A DNA stretch of 63,150 bases, taken from assembly GCA_035624985.1 (NCBI GenBank), contig DASPQK010000307.1, positions 1-63,150 on the forward strand. Reading direction: 5' to 3'. Source of the stretch: Syntrophobacteraceae bacterium (GTDB lineage Bacteria; Desulfobacterota; Syntrophobacteria; Syntrophobacterales; Syntrophobacteraceae). The notes beneath the pieces are model-generated. The model saw only the letters and a program-made list of their open reading frames with translations, made no database searches and had not been told where the DNA came from. Position 1 is the first letter of the stretch; each line of letters opens with the position of its first letter. The translations under genes and the position numbers were made by a program. This document shows, piece by piece, positions 1-8,208 of this stretch.

Positions 1-170
1 ACCGCCTCTTTCGGTTGCTCCGACATCACAGTGGGGGTCTTCTTGATGAACTTGAAGTAGGCGCCCGCTCCTCCCGCGCCCAGCAGCACTATGAAAAGCA
101 GTGCGACGATCAGGGGCTTCTTCGACCTGGGTTTTTGCTGCACTGCCTTCTGCTCTTCCTCAGAAGCCAT
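1..170 (-). CDS. Partial CDS (N-terminus only, runs off the left edge): small membrane-anchored protein, FliL-like
   Basis: ATG at 170 on the minus strand, preceded by a GGAAGGA RBS. Reads MASEEEQKAVQQKPRSKKPLIVALLFIVLLGAGGAGAYFKFIKK... with no stop to the window edge. Charged N-terminus plus one TM helix, as in FliL, in a flagellar neighbourhood. Absent from the ORF track because it is truncated. Confidence 0.4.
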   Translation of the reverse strand, partial: MASEEEQKAVQQKPRSKKPLIVALLFIVLLGAGGAGAYFKFIKKTPTVMSEQPKEA

Positions 171-228
171 TTTTCAATTCCTTCCCATGATAGAGAACAC
201 AAATTTCATCTCTACTTGCTATACTGAA

Positions 229-276
229 CTGCGTTCAAGATTGGGCGGGGGTAAACCCTATAAACGCTTAAATAAG
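229..276 (+). repeat. Dispersed repeat family, copy A (ctgcgttcaagattgggcgggggtaaaccctataaacgcttaaataag)
   Basis: Near-identical to 2967-3015. Also matches, in reverse complement and with an internal insertion, 446-540. Confidence 0.75.
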
Positions 277-445
277 CTGCCAACAGGCAGGAGAGAGACT
301 ACCTCACCCCCCTTTCGTAAAGGGGGGCAGGGGAATCGCTAAGGCCTTAGATACTCTTTAAATCCCCCTAAATCCCCCTTTAAAAAATGGGGATTTGCTC
401 CTGTCCTCGGCGGCAGCCTGGCTTGTCAAGGGTGGTCGTTTCCCT

Positions 446-540
446 TTATTTAAGCGCTTATGGCGGTAAACCCCACCCCTCCGTAGGGGAGGAGGAGCGC
501 AGCGCTGTATGCCCTCCCGGTCACATCGATCTTGAACGCA
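446..540 (-). repeat. Dispersed repeat family, copy C (inverted, with ~55-bp internal insertion)
   Basis: The reverse complement reads ttgcgttcaagat...(insert)...ggggtttaccgccataagcgcttaaataa, so both arms of the copy A/B consensus are present. Confidence 0.65.
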
Positions 541-997
541 ACCTGGTATTAAGATCTCGGGAGACCGAATGAGCAATGAGTATGCCAGAACCGCGAAAAC
601 CGCATACGCCTTAAATTTGTGGCCGCGAGGGAGCGCTTCGGGGTCAGGCTTTTTGGCGCTCGGCACACGCCGCAACCCTTCACCCACCCCTGTATCGCCT
701 GCTTCCACTATTCTCATGGGTTTGCGCTAACCGATGCGGGTAAAACGCCTTGGGAGCCTAAACGGGCGGGCACTGCCGCCCTTATCGCCATAGCCCCGCT
801 CCCAAACCCTCCCCCCCACCGCCTCATATCAGCGGGATCCAACGCGGGTCAAGCTTTTGACATGCCTTGCTCTTAGAAGTAAGCAGGAAAAATATTCATC
901 GTCTGTGAGAAAAAATTTCCCGAACTTCCATATCAGACTAAACAAACACAAAAGCTAACCAGCCGGATTAACAACAATTTTAAAGAAGACCTTGGGC

Positions 998-1013
998 TGG
1001 TATCACTATTGCT
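998..1013 (+). promoter_or_regulatory. Candidate sigma54 (-24/-12) promoter for flgD-flgE
   Basis: TGGTATCACTATTGCT fits TGGCAC-N5-TTGCW with correct GG-N10-GC spacing. It lies 59 nt upstream of the flgD ATG. Flagellar hook and rod genes are commonly RpoN-dependent. Confidence 0.5.
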
Positions 1014-1071
1014 CATTCTGTTTGCGCCTGCTCCAACCAGGCCGTGAACCTATTCCTTTAAGGAGATCGTA

Positions 1072-1764
1072 ATGGCAACGACAACAACTGCCACCGCCAC
1101 TCAGTTGATGCCGGGCATCGGTTCCCTGTTTGTCCCTAGCACGAGTTCCAGTTCAACCGGCGCGAGCACCCTGAACGCAAATTCTTTTCTTACCTTGTTC
1201 CTTGCCCAGTTGCAGAACCAGGACCCGACCAACCCTATGCAGGACTACGAACTGGCTTCACAACTCGCGCAGTTCACCTCCGTGCAGGAGTTGACGCAGG
1301 CGACGACGCAATTGAACAACCTCCAGCAGTATGCCGCTGCCATAAACAATGCTCAGATAACGTCTCTTGTGGGGAAAAACGTTACTGCGCAAACGAGTCA
1401 AATCAGCGTCACTTCAGGCAAGCCGACGGCGCTCAACTACACGCTCGCCTCACCGGCTTCGGTCACTTACACGATACAGGACGCCAACGGTAATAATGTC
1501 TACACGGGAAACCTGGGCTCCCAGGACGCGGGCAGCTACAGCATCCCGTGGACGGGCGTAAATTCGAGTGGAAATACCGTGCCCGACGGCGCCTACACGT
1601 GCACGGTAACGGCGACTGCATCCAATGGAACCAGCACGACAGTGACTACCACGGTCCAGGGGTTGGTCAAGTCCTGTGGCCTTACAGGCAATCCTCCAAC
1701 ATACCTGCTTTCGACTGGAGTGACGGTTCCGGTGGACGATGTAAGCGTAGTGGGCGGCAGTTAG
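1072..1764 (+). CDS. flgD: Flagellar hook assembly (capping) protein FlgD
   Basis: AAGGAG RBS. FlgD signature FLTLFLAQLQNQDPTNPMQDYELASQLAQFTSVQEL. C-terminal Ig-like part (GAYTCTVTA). Followed by flgE. Confidence 0.93.
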   Translation: MATTTTATATQLMPGIGSLFVPSTSSSSTGASTLNANSFLTLFLAQLQNQDPTNPMQDYELASQLAQFTSVQELTQATTQLNNLQQYAAAINNAQITSLVGKNVTAQTSQISVTSGKPTALNYTLASPASVTYTIQDANGNNVYTGNLGSQDAGSYSIPWTGVNSSGNTVPDGAYTCTVTATASNGTSTTVTTTVQGLVKSCGLTGNPPTYLLSTGVTVPVDDVSVVGGS

Positions 1765-1934
1765 AGCGGAACACTGGAATTTGGAGACGCAGGTGAAATC
1801 CGCTGAGGATTATCAGGACATTAGAGGATCGTCACAACATTAACAAGCCATAAGAGGCGGAGGTCAGTCCCTGACTAGGTCTGGGGAAGCCTTTGCCGGA
1901 GTTCAACTCGGCCGATCAGAAAAGGAGAACGCAA

Positions 1935-2753
1935 ATGGCAGCCAACATGATGTACACGGCAATCGCAGGTCTTAACACCTTCAGCGACGCTTTGTCGATC
2001 GTAAGCGACAACATCGCCAACTCCAATACCACTGGATGGAAATCGAATACCGTGGACTTCGGCGATCTTGTGAGCGGTTTGATGCCGACCGCCGACGTCA
2101 ATATTACGGCGCAGGGCGTAGGCTCGCAAATTCTTGGAGTTACGTCGGACTGGTCGACCGGCAACGAAGTACAGACCGGCACCTGGTCGGATTTGATGAT
2201 CCAGGGCAATGGATTTTTCGCTGTCCAGGAAGGCCTTACCTCCGGCCCAGTCTATTATACCCGGGATGGATCGTTCCAGATAAATTCGGCTGGATATCTA
2301 ACCGACGAGAATGGCTACTATGTTCTTGACAACTCCTCGGGAACGGGAAAGCCGATACAGTGTTACGACACGTCTGGTGGTGGTGGCGGTGGTGTCCCAT
2401 ACGCCAGTTATGGTATCGACCAGTATGGAAATCTTACCGGGACCAATTCAAAGGGCGTCGTGGTTCCAATCAAGACCCTCCAGATTGCAACCTTCAACAA
2501 CCCCAACGGCCTCGTCCGGGAGGGAGCCAATGTGTACACTCCCGGCGCCAGCGCCGGGACAGCTGCAAACGGAACTGCGGGGTCCGGTCAGGCAGGCACG
2601 ATAATAGCCGGAGCGCTGGAAGGCTCAAATGTGGACCTGACTCAGCAGATGGTAAACTTGATTACCTACCAGGCCGACTACCAGGCGAACTCCAAATCCA
2701 TCGCCACCGGCAGCACCCTGCTCCAGACCGTGGTGGGCCTGATACCAGGGTAA
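1935..2753 (+). CDS. flgE: Flagellar hook protein FlgE, unusually short (272 aa)
   Basis: ATG at 1935 after an AAAAGGAG RBS. N-terminal rod/hook motif SDNIANSNTTGWK, central GNGFFAV...YTRDGSF, and C-terminal LEGSNVDLTQQMVNLITYQADYQANSKSI (FlgE-type QANSK). Sits directly after flgD. Confidence 0.8.
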   Translation: MAANMMYTAIAGLNTFSDALSIVSDNIANSNTTGWKSNTVDFGDLVSGLMPTADVNITAQGVGSQILGVTSDWSTGNEVQTGTWSDLMIQGNGFFAVQEGLTSGPVYYTRDGSFQINSAGYLTDENGYYVLDNSSGTGKPIQCYDTSGGGGGGVPYASYGIDQYGNLTGTNSKGVVVPIKTLQIATFNNPNGLVREGANVYTPGASAGTAANGTAGSGQAGTIIAGALEGSNVDLTQQMVNLITYQADYQANSKSIATGSTLLQTVVGLIPG

Positions 2754-2783
2754 ACATCGCAAAATAATATTAGGCTCCAGTGG

Positions 2784-2811
2784 GAAGGCGGCTTTGGCCG
2801 CCTTCTTTGTT
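2784..2811 (+). terminator. Rho-independent terminator after flgE
   Basis: gaaggcggc-tttg-gccgccttc: perfect 9-bp stem followed by tttgtt. Confidence 0.7.
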
Positions 2812-2966
2812 GATCGAAGGCAATCCCGGCGGCTAAGCTGGTGTTGCGTTTCACAAATTTATCGACATTTAGTTGAATCGGGTCACTACACTCCGTAACT
2901 CCAGCGCACCGCGCATCGTCACACCGGCGGCGGCCGGTGCGGAACCCAGAGGGCTCTCATACGGTG

Positions 2967-3015
2967 CTGCGTTCAAGATTGGGCTGGGGTAAACCCCCAT
3001 AAGCGCTTAAATAAG
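2967..3015 (+). repeat. Dispersed repeat family, copy B
   Basis: ctgcgttcaagattgggctggggtaaacccccataagcgcttaaataagg; differs from copy A by only a few substitutions or indels. Confidence 0.75.
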
Positions 3016-3110
3016 GACGAGGCTCCGCAAGGAAAAGGGACGGCATTCCCGCGAAGCCTGCCCCGGACCTGATCCGGAGGCGGGAATCCATAGTTCTTGA
3101 TTTTCGTTAT

Positions 3111-5237
3111 CTATGCAAAAATGCTTATTTGCGACCGGCGGGTCATATTAGTATTGTTGACACTGGGGGCAGGAGTCTGGACATTGAGGACTCCTGTTTC
3201 TTTGGGGGGTGGAGTGATTTTGCCGCCGCCATTGTTGGCTCCCGCGTAATTTCCGTTGCCCGATCTCCCGCTGTTCACGTCAACCGTGAATTTTTCAAGT
3301 ACGAGCCCCTGGTCCTGGAGATCCTGGCGAAGCTCGGATGCATTCCTCATAAGCGCCTCTCTTGCAGGTTCGCTTTGCGTGAGGGCCGCCACCGTAATCT
3401 CATCCTTTTTTGCCCCCACTTTTATGCTGATCTTTCCGAGTCCATCCGGGTCGATATCGAGCACCAGTTGGCTGCTTGCTGTGCCCGAGAGCCGCTCGCC
3501 CATATCCTGGCCAAGTTCTGCCGACTGGTATGCGTCGTAGTAATCAAATCCGCTCCGGACCAAATTATCCGGCTTCGGAGGACTTATTTGCTCACTATGG
3601 GGAGCGGAGGCCGAGTTCTGGAAAACCATGCTCTGCGCGACCGAATCCTTGTTTCCGACCGGCGTCTCGACCGGTTTTTCTCTCAGCGCCTCTCCAAACT
3701 GCGCCTGCAGAGCCTCTGAATCGAGTTTTACCGAGGGCGTCGGCGTCTCGGTTTGTCGAGTGGAATCGCCGGACTGATTCTCCGTATCGTCCGAAGGCGT
3801 TTGATTGGAAGGAAATTCAGCCGAAACCGTCCTTATTCGACCGGTCCCGGACTGTTCGGCGATCTCCTGTGATATGCCCGAACTCAAAGCCTCCCCGGGT
3901 TTGTCCGCCTGCTTTTCAGCTCCTTTGACCTGGAAAGCAAGACTCTGGGCCTGAGCGGCCAAGCTCTCATGAAGTCCGCCGGGCGCCGGGGCGCTATCCA
4001 CTGTCGTCTCCAACTGTTGCTGCGGGTCCGCGGACGCTAATGTCGCGTCGAAGTATTTCAAGACTGCGTAGAGGTCCTTGACAGACGTGCTTTCCTGCCG
4101 GGCCGGAGACGGTGCGAAGTCTGGACCTGAGGACGATGCAATCTTTTCGCCTTCTATTCGGGATCCCGTACCGGTTGGCGCGGCCTGAGAGCCCGCTTGC
4201 TCCGGCGGGATTTTATCGGCGCCCGGCAGCCTGTCCGGCTTCGAGTCGTTTGAAACGGGTTCAGAAGAATTTCCGCTTGCATCCGTCACTTTTGGGCTCT
4301 GCGTTTCAACCTTCGGATTGATGGCATTTGCGGCGAGGACCTTTTCAATCGAACCGCTTTCATAGCCTTCAAGAATAAAAGAGGGAAGGACAGTCGCCGC
4401 CAGCATCTCAGTCTGGCCCACTTTTGGAGCTTGAGCCGTTTCGATCGTTTGTGCCGGTTTGCTCGTTTGAGCCGTTCCCTGAGAACCTGGCTCAGAGCCA
4501 GGGCCTGCAGCCTGCCTCAGCCTCGAATGCGCCTCCTGCAAAACATTTTCGAGCAGTCCCCGCAATTCGTCAGGGCTGTATGATCCTTCCGGCTTGACCT
4601 GCACTGAGGGCTTGAACTCCCCTCCGGATGCCGGACCTTTTTGGTTTGTTCCGCTGTCCCCGGCAATTATGGATTCCACCAGCGCGCGAGCGTGTTCGGC
4701 GGGAACTTGGGCGCCGTTGCCGGGGTCAGAGGCAGGCTGAGAGGTCAGCAGTGATTTCAGGTCCTTGATGGAAATAAGGCCGTCTTTATTCTGTGCGTTT
4801 TTACACGCCTTTATGGTTTCCGCAGGATATTGAAGGTCGGCCAACACCGTTTCCGCTATGGCGGGATTTGTCACAAAGAGTCTTTTCTGCTCGTTGGCCT
4901 TTGCTTCTATCTCCTTTATCTTCGCCTTTGGATTCCCCGCGCATTTCTGTTGCCCTCCCGCAGAGCAAAGCGAGCTGTCCGTTCCATGAGTCGGGCCGGG
5001 CGCACCGGTCCCGGAGACCTCAGGCCCCGGCCCGGCCGCATTCCCCTTCATGGTCCCTGTCCCCGCATCCGCACTGGACGCAGTTGTCCCGCACTGCGCG
5101 CAATTAGCCGCTGGGGGCATCAGCTTCTTGAGTTCGCCGGTAAAGTCGCTCTGGACTATGCCCTGACTGATCTTTTCCTTTTCGCTTCCAAGAAACGATG
5201 CCATCAGCTGCATGGCGTTTACCTGTGCCAGTGCCAT
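3111..5237 (-). CDS. fliK: Flagellar hook-length control protein FliK
   Basis: C-terminal Flg_hook domain (QLVLDIDPDGLGKISIKVGAKKDEITVAALTQSEPAREALMRNASELRQDLQDQGLVLEKFTVDV). Long P/S/G/Q-rich linker. Start taken as the ATG at 5237 (MALAQVNAMQL); the ORF stays open to a TTG at 5345. Confidence 0.85.
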   Translation of the reverse strand: MALAQVNAMQLMASFLGSEKEKISQGIVQSDFTGELKKLMPPAANCAQCGTTASSADAGTGTMKGNAAGPGPEVSGTGAPGPTHGTDSSLCSAGGQQKCAGNPKAKIKEIEAKANEQKRLFVTNPAIAETVLADLQYPAETIKACKNAQNKDGLISIKDLKSLLTSQPASDPGNGAQVPAEHARALVESIIAGDSGTNQKGPASGGEFKPSVQVKPEGSYSPDELRGLLENVLQEAHSRLRQAAGPGSEPGSQGTAQTSKPAQTIETAQAPKVGQTEMLAATVLPSFILEGYESGSIEKVLAANAINPKVETQSPKVTDASGNSSEPVSNDSKPDRLPGADKIPPEQAGSQAAPTGTGSRIEGEKIASSSGPDFAPSPARQESTSVKDLYAVLKYFDATLASADPQQQLETTVDSAPAPGGLHESLAAQAQSLAFQVKGAEKQADKPGEALSSGISQEIAEQSGTGRIRTVSAEFPSNQTPSDDTENQSGDSTRQTETPTPSVKLDSEALQAQFGEALREKPVETPVGNKDSVAQSMVFQNSASAPHSEQISPPKPDNLVRSGFDYYDAYQSAELGQDMGERLSGTASSQLVLDIDPDGLGKISIKVGAKKDEITVAALTQSEPAREALMRNASELRQDLQDQGLVLEKFTVDVNSGRSGNGNYAGANNGGGKITPPPKETGVLNVQTPAPSVNNTNMTRRSQISIFA

Positions 5238-5465
5238 TTTCTTATCCGATGCTGTTTGGATACGGTTACCCCGGCGGCAATAAGGAATCTTCTTCCCGCC
5301 CGTCCATAGTCTTCCGAAGAGAGTGAAGAGCAAACTTGATACCAAACGGTGCGGTCACTAAAAAGGTCCTGGAACCAATGACTTACAACTCAACATTTTC
5401 TTTGGGCAGAATACTCTGGGCCTGGGCGGGAATTTTTTTCTCAGTGAGTGCGCAAGTATTTCCTC

Positions 5466-6548
5466 TTAAGCTCTCAAGTTCTCGGAATTGAGCACCGGAT
5501 TGAAAAGCATGGCAAGAGCCATTCTTCCCTCCTCATTGAAACGGCTTCGGACAGCCGCTCTCAGATCGGACCCCGACGATCCGAACTGGCCTGCTCTTAG
5601 ATCGTAGACTGAGCCGATCAAATGGGCCAATTTTGCTCCGTCGCTCTTGTCTTGTGCCCGCTTGATCGCTTTGGTGAAAATCTTCGCCGCATTGTTTGGG
5701 CCGTGCTGCACGGCTGTGCTCCAGAGCACCTCCTGGAGCGCCCTGGGGGCTTTTGAGACATCCAGGCCGGTTCGATCTGAAATTTCCTGAAGAGCCGGCA
5801 GATAATGACTCTTCTCAATAAAATCGTATTGCAGCTTCCCAAATCGGACAGAATCCTCAGCGGTTATCTTTTTCCAGACCTCGGGCATCCTTCCGGAACA
5901 ACTGCCTGTGTTTGACGGCCCGGCGGCTTTCAGTTTGGCGGCGATCTCCGGCGCCCGCTCAGACAGGTAATCGATAAAAAGCTTCATCGTGCCTGCCCTC
6001 GATGAAATCTGGTATGTCCCGTAGGAGGTCCCGCCGGCAACGTCATAGCCTATAGCGCCCGCGCCCGATTCGCCCGATTCGAAACGAGCGCAAAGTGTGC
6101 CGATTTCCTGCCCGGAACCCTGGCTGGAACCGAGCCCCGGCGCCGATCGGCCAACTCCGGCCATGCACGAACCTGCCCCCGGCACACCGCGGCCCCCGCC
6201 TCCATGGCAGTATAGACCGCCTATGCGGTTCGGACCTGAGGAAATGGCCGCCATGGCAATTAGAGCTGATGCCGCCAGATTATTGACGTTTTGCTCGTTC
6301 AGGTTCCGAATGGCTCCAAGGTTTTTCGAGGCCTTGTGACGGTTGTGATCCACATGCTCGGCGGAGGCAGGTTTATTTTTCGGACTGCCGGCAGTAGCGC
6401 TCTCGTTGGATTTAAACACATTAAGCAGCGCTTGAAACACATTGGAATTTACGGCCTTCTTATTATGGGTGGACTTAGTGGATTGAGCGGCCCTCCCGCT
6501 GGTTTCAACCCGTCCGCTGTTCCAAAAATTATCGACGCTGACTGCCAT
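5466..6548 (-). CDS. Hypothetical protein; C-terminal half resembles a lysozyme/chitosanase-like peptidoglycan hydrolase domain (VgrG3-C-like)
   Basis: Low-complexity G/S-rich N-terminal half. C-terminal GAIGYDVAGGTSYGTYQISSRAGTMKLFIDYL...LQYDFIEKSHYLPAL...VLWSTAVQHGP recalled as the T6SS VgrG3-type muramidase fold. Same strand as fliK, immediately upstream of it. Confidence 0.35.
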   Translation of the reverse strand: MAVSVDNFWNSGRVETSGRAAQSTKSTHNKKAVNSNVFQALLNVFKSNESATAGSPKNKPASAEHVDHNRHKASKNLGAIRNLNEQNVNNLAASALIAMAAISSGPNRIGGLYCHGGGGRGVPGAGSCMAGVGRSAPGLGSSQGSGQEIGTLCARFESGESGAGAIGYDVAGGTSYGTYQISSRAGTMKLFIDYLSERAPEIAAKLKAAGPSNTGSCSGRMPEVWKKITAEDSVRFGKLQYDFIEKSHYLPALQEISDRTGLDVSKAPRALQEVLWSTAVQHGPNNAAKIFTKAIKRAQDKSDGAKLAHLIGSVYDLRAGQFGSSGSDLRAAVRSRFNEEGRMALAMLFNPVLNSENLRA

Positions 6549-6832
6549 GACTCCAAGCCTCCGGTTGGTGTGTGGCTAAAATCTTATGCAAAAGGCGTGC
6601 TCCACTCAACGCTCGATTGTCGGTTTGCTGCCTTCTGTTCTATCCGGCTCCGAATGATTATAGTAAGGAAAATCGTGCCCGATGACGAAAAAGGGGATTT
6701 CGCAAACTTACGGGACTGCCATTGTTTGTCAATCCGCAATCGGGTTTGCAATTTTGCAATTTTTTCTCCACATTCCGGGAAAATTCTTGTAGTTTGCCCG
6801 TCGCCTTTGGTCGCCGGCTTGGAGGATCGTTT

Positions 6833-7429
6833 ATGGAAAGGTACTTCATGAAAATGCCCGAGGATTTGTTCTGCGAGATATGCTCCGAGAAAAGAGGCAT
6901 AAATCCCGACACCCTCAAGGAGGTCATCATTCTTGCCGTGGAGATCGCTCGTGAAGGCAGGGAAGGCAGAAGAATCGGGACAATGTTCGTGGTCGCCGAC
7001 TCGGAAAACGTCATGAAACATTCTCGCCCCCTGATTCTCGACCCCCTCCTGGGACACCCTGCTAAAGTCAAGCAAATCTTCGACCCCGACATGCGCGAAA
7101 CGGTCAAGGAACTTGCTCAACTCGACGGCGCCTTCGTCGTCTCAGATGATGGAACAGTAGTATCGGCCTGCCGCTACATTGACTCTTTCTCGGAAGGAAT
7201 CGACCTGCCGCTCGGCCTCGGAAGCAGGCACATGGCGGCGGCATCCATCACTAAACTGACCAACTCGGTCGCGGTGGTCGTCTCGGAGAGTTCGGTGGTC
7301 CGCATCATCGACAACGGGGATATAGTCTCCGAAATAATCCCCGAACTCTGGATGTTCAAAAGATACTCCGCACTTAGCAAAGGAAAAAAGGTCGAACAGG
7401 AAATAATAGTCAGCACGGTCGAGGATTAA
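6833..7429 (+). CDS. DisA_N/DAC-domain protein (putative diadenylate cyclase, soluble stand-alone form)
   Basis: GGAGGA RBS before the ATG at 6833. DAC motifs RIGTMFVV, DGAFVVSDDGTVVSACRYI, LGSRHMAAASIT, VAVVVSESSVVRII. No TM segments. Confidence 0.75.
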   Translation: MERYFMKMPEDLFCEICSEKRGINPDTLKEVIILAVEIAREGREGRRIGTMFVVADSENVMKHSRPLILDPLLGHPAKVKQIFDPDMRETVKELAQLDGAFVVSDDGTVVSACRYIDSFSEGIDLPLGLGSRHMAAASITKLTNSVAVVVSESSVVRIIDNGDIVSEIIPELWMFKRYSALSKGKKVEQEIIVSTVED

Positions 7430-7449
7430 CTGCGGAAGGGACGGATGAA

Positions 7450-8208
7450 ATGAGACAAATGAGCGGCATGTATCCCGTAATCTTGCTGGTCTGTTTCGTG
7501 TGCCTGATCGGATTGTCTGTCTCAGGGACTTATCTGATTATGCGTGTTAAGTATCAAAATCAGGCGGACAATAAAGACCGGGAGGTGCTGACCGTCCAGG
7601 AAAATAACAAAGCTTTGTCGGATCGCAACACTGAATTGCGCAATTCGCTCCAGAAGTTGGAAAATGAATACAGCGGGCTGGAGTCGCAGTATAAAGACCT
7701 TGCATCGAGGCTGGATTCCGCTGAACAGAAAAATATTAAAACGGCTTCCCAATTAGATGACGCTTTAAAAGATCTGCAAACAGCCAGAGCTGAGGTTTCC
7801 AAGCTTACGGGCAAACTGGATGCTAAATTGTCGGAAATAGAATCTTTGAATGTCGATCGGCAGACCTTGCAGGAAAAATATGACGAGTTCAAGGAAATGT
7901 TGGCTCCTGACCTGGTTCTTGAACCGACATGGGTCAGCTCCGGCGAAACGACTCTGGCCTTCGATGGCAGCCTTCTCATCGTTCTTTATGAAACCTCGGA
8001 AAAGGACAAGTGCCAAAAGGGCTCGGTGGCTGTCAGCTATCTCATCAGAGGGGCGGATAAAAAGAAACTGTGCCTCCGCGCAGGCAAGCCCGAGAACTTC
8101 ACATATCAAGGTAAAACATATCTGTTGAATTTGCTGGAATCAAAGCAAAGCGGAGAGACGCACCGTTTTTGTATTTATATAACCAGCCCTCGTCACTCTT
8201 CGCCATAG
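7450..8208 (+). CDS. Membrane-anchored coiled-coil protein, function unknown
   Basis: N-terminal TM (YPVILLVCFVCLIGLSVSGTYLI), then ~120 aa of heptad-like coiled coil, then a globular C-terminus. The 3' end overlaps the convergent pilT-like gene by 16 nt. Confidence 0.55.
   Translation: MRQMSGMYPVILLVCFVCLIGLSVSGTYLIMRVKYQNQADNKDREVLTVQENNKALSDRNTELRNSLQKLENEYSGLESQYKDLASRLDSAEQKNIKTASQLDDALKDLQTARAEVSKLTGKLDAKLSEIESLNVDRQTLQEKYDEFKEMLAPDLVLEPTWVSSGETTLAFDGSLLIVLYETSEKDKCQKGSVAVSYLIRGADKKKLCLRAGKPENFTYQGKTYLLNLLESKQSGETHRFCIYITSPRHSSP

Noticed and set aside
358-876. Track ORFs 358-717 (minus) and 619-876 (plus) between the fliL-like gene and flgD.
   Set aside because: They run through the repeat copies and perfect hairpins, have no RBS, and have biased G/P/R composition. 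The region is more likely non-coding.
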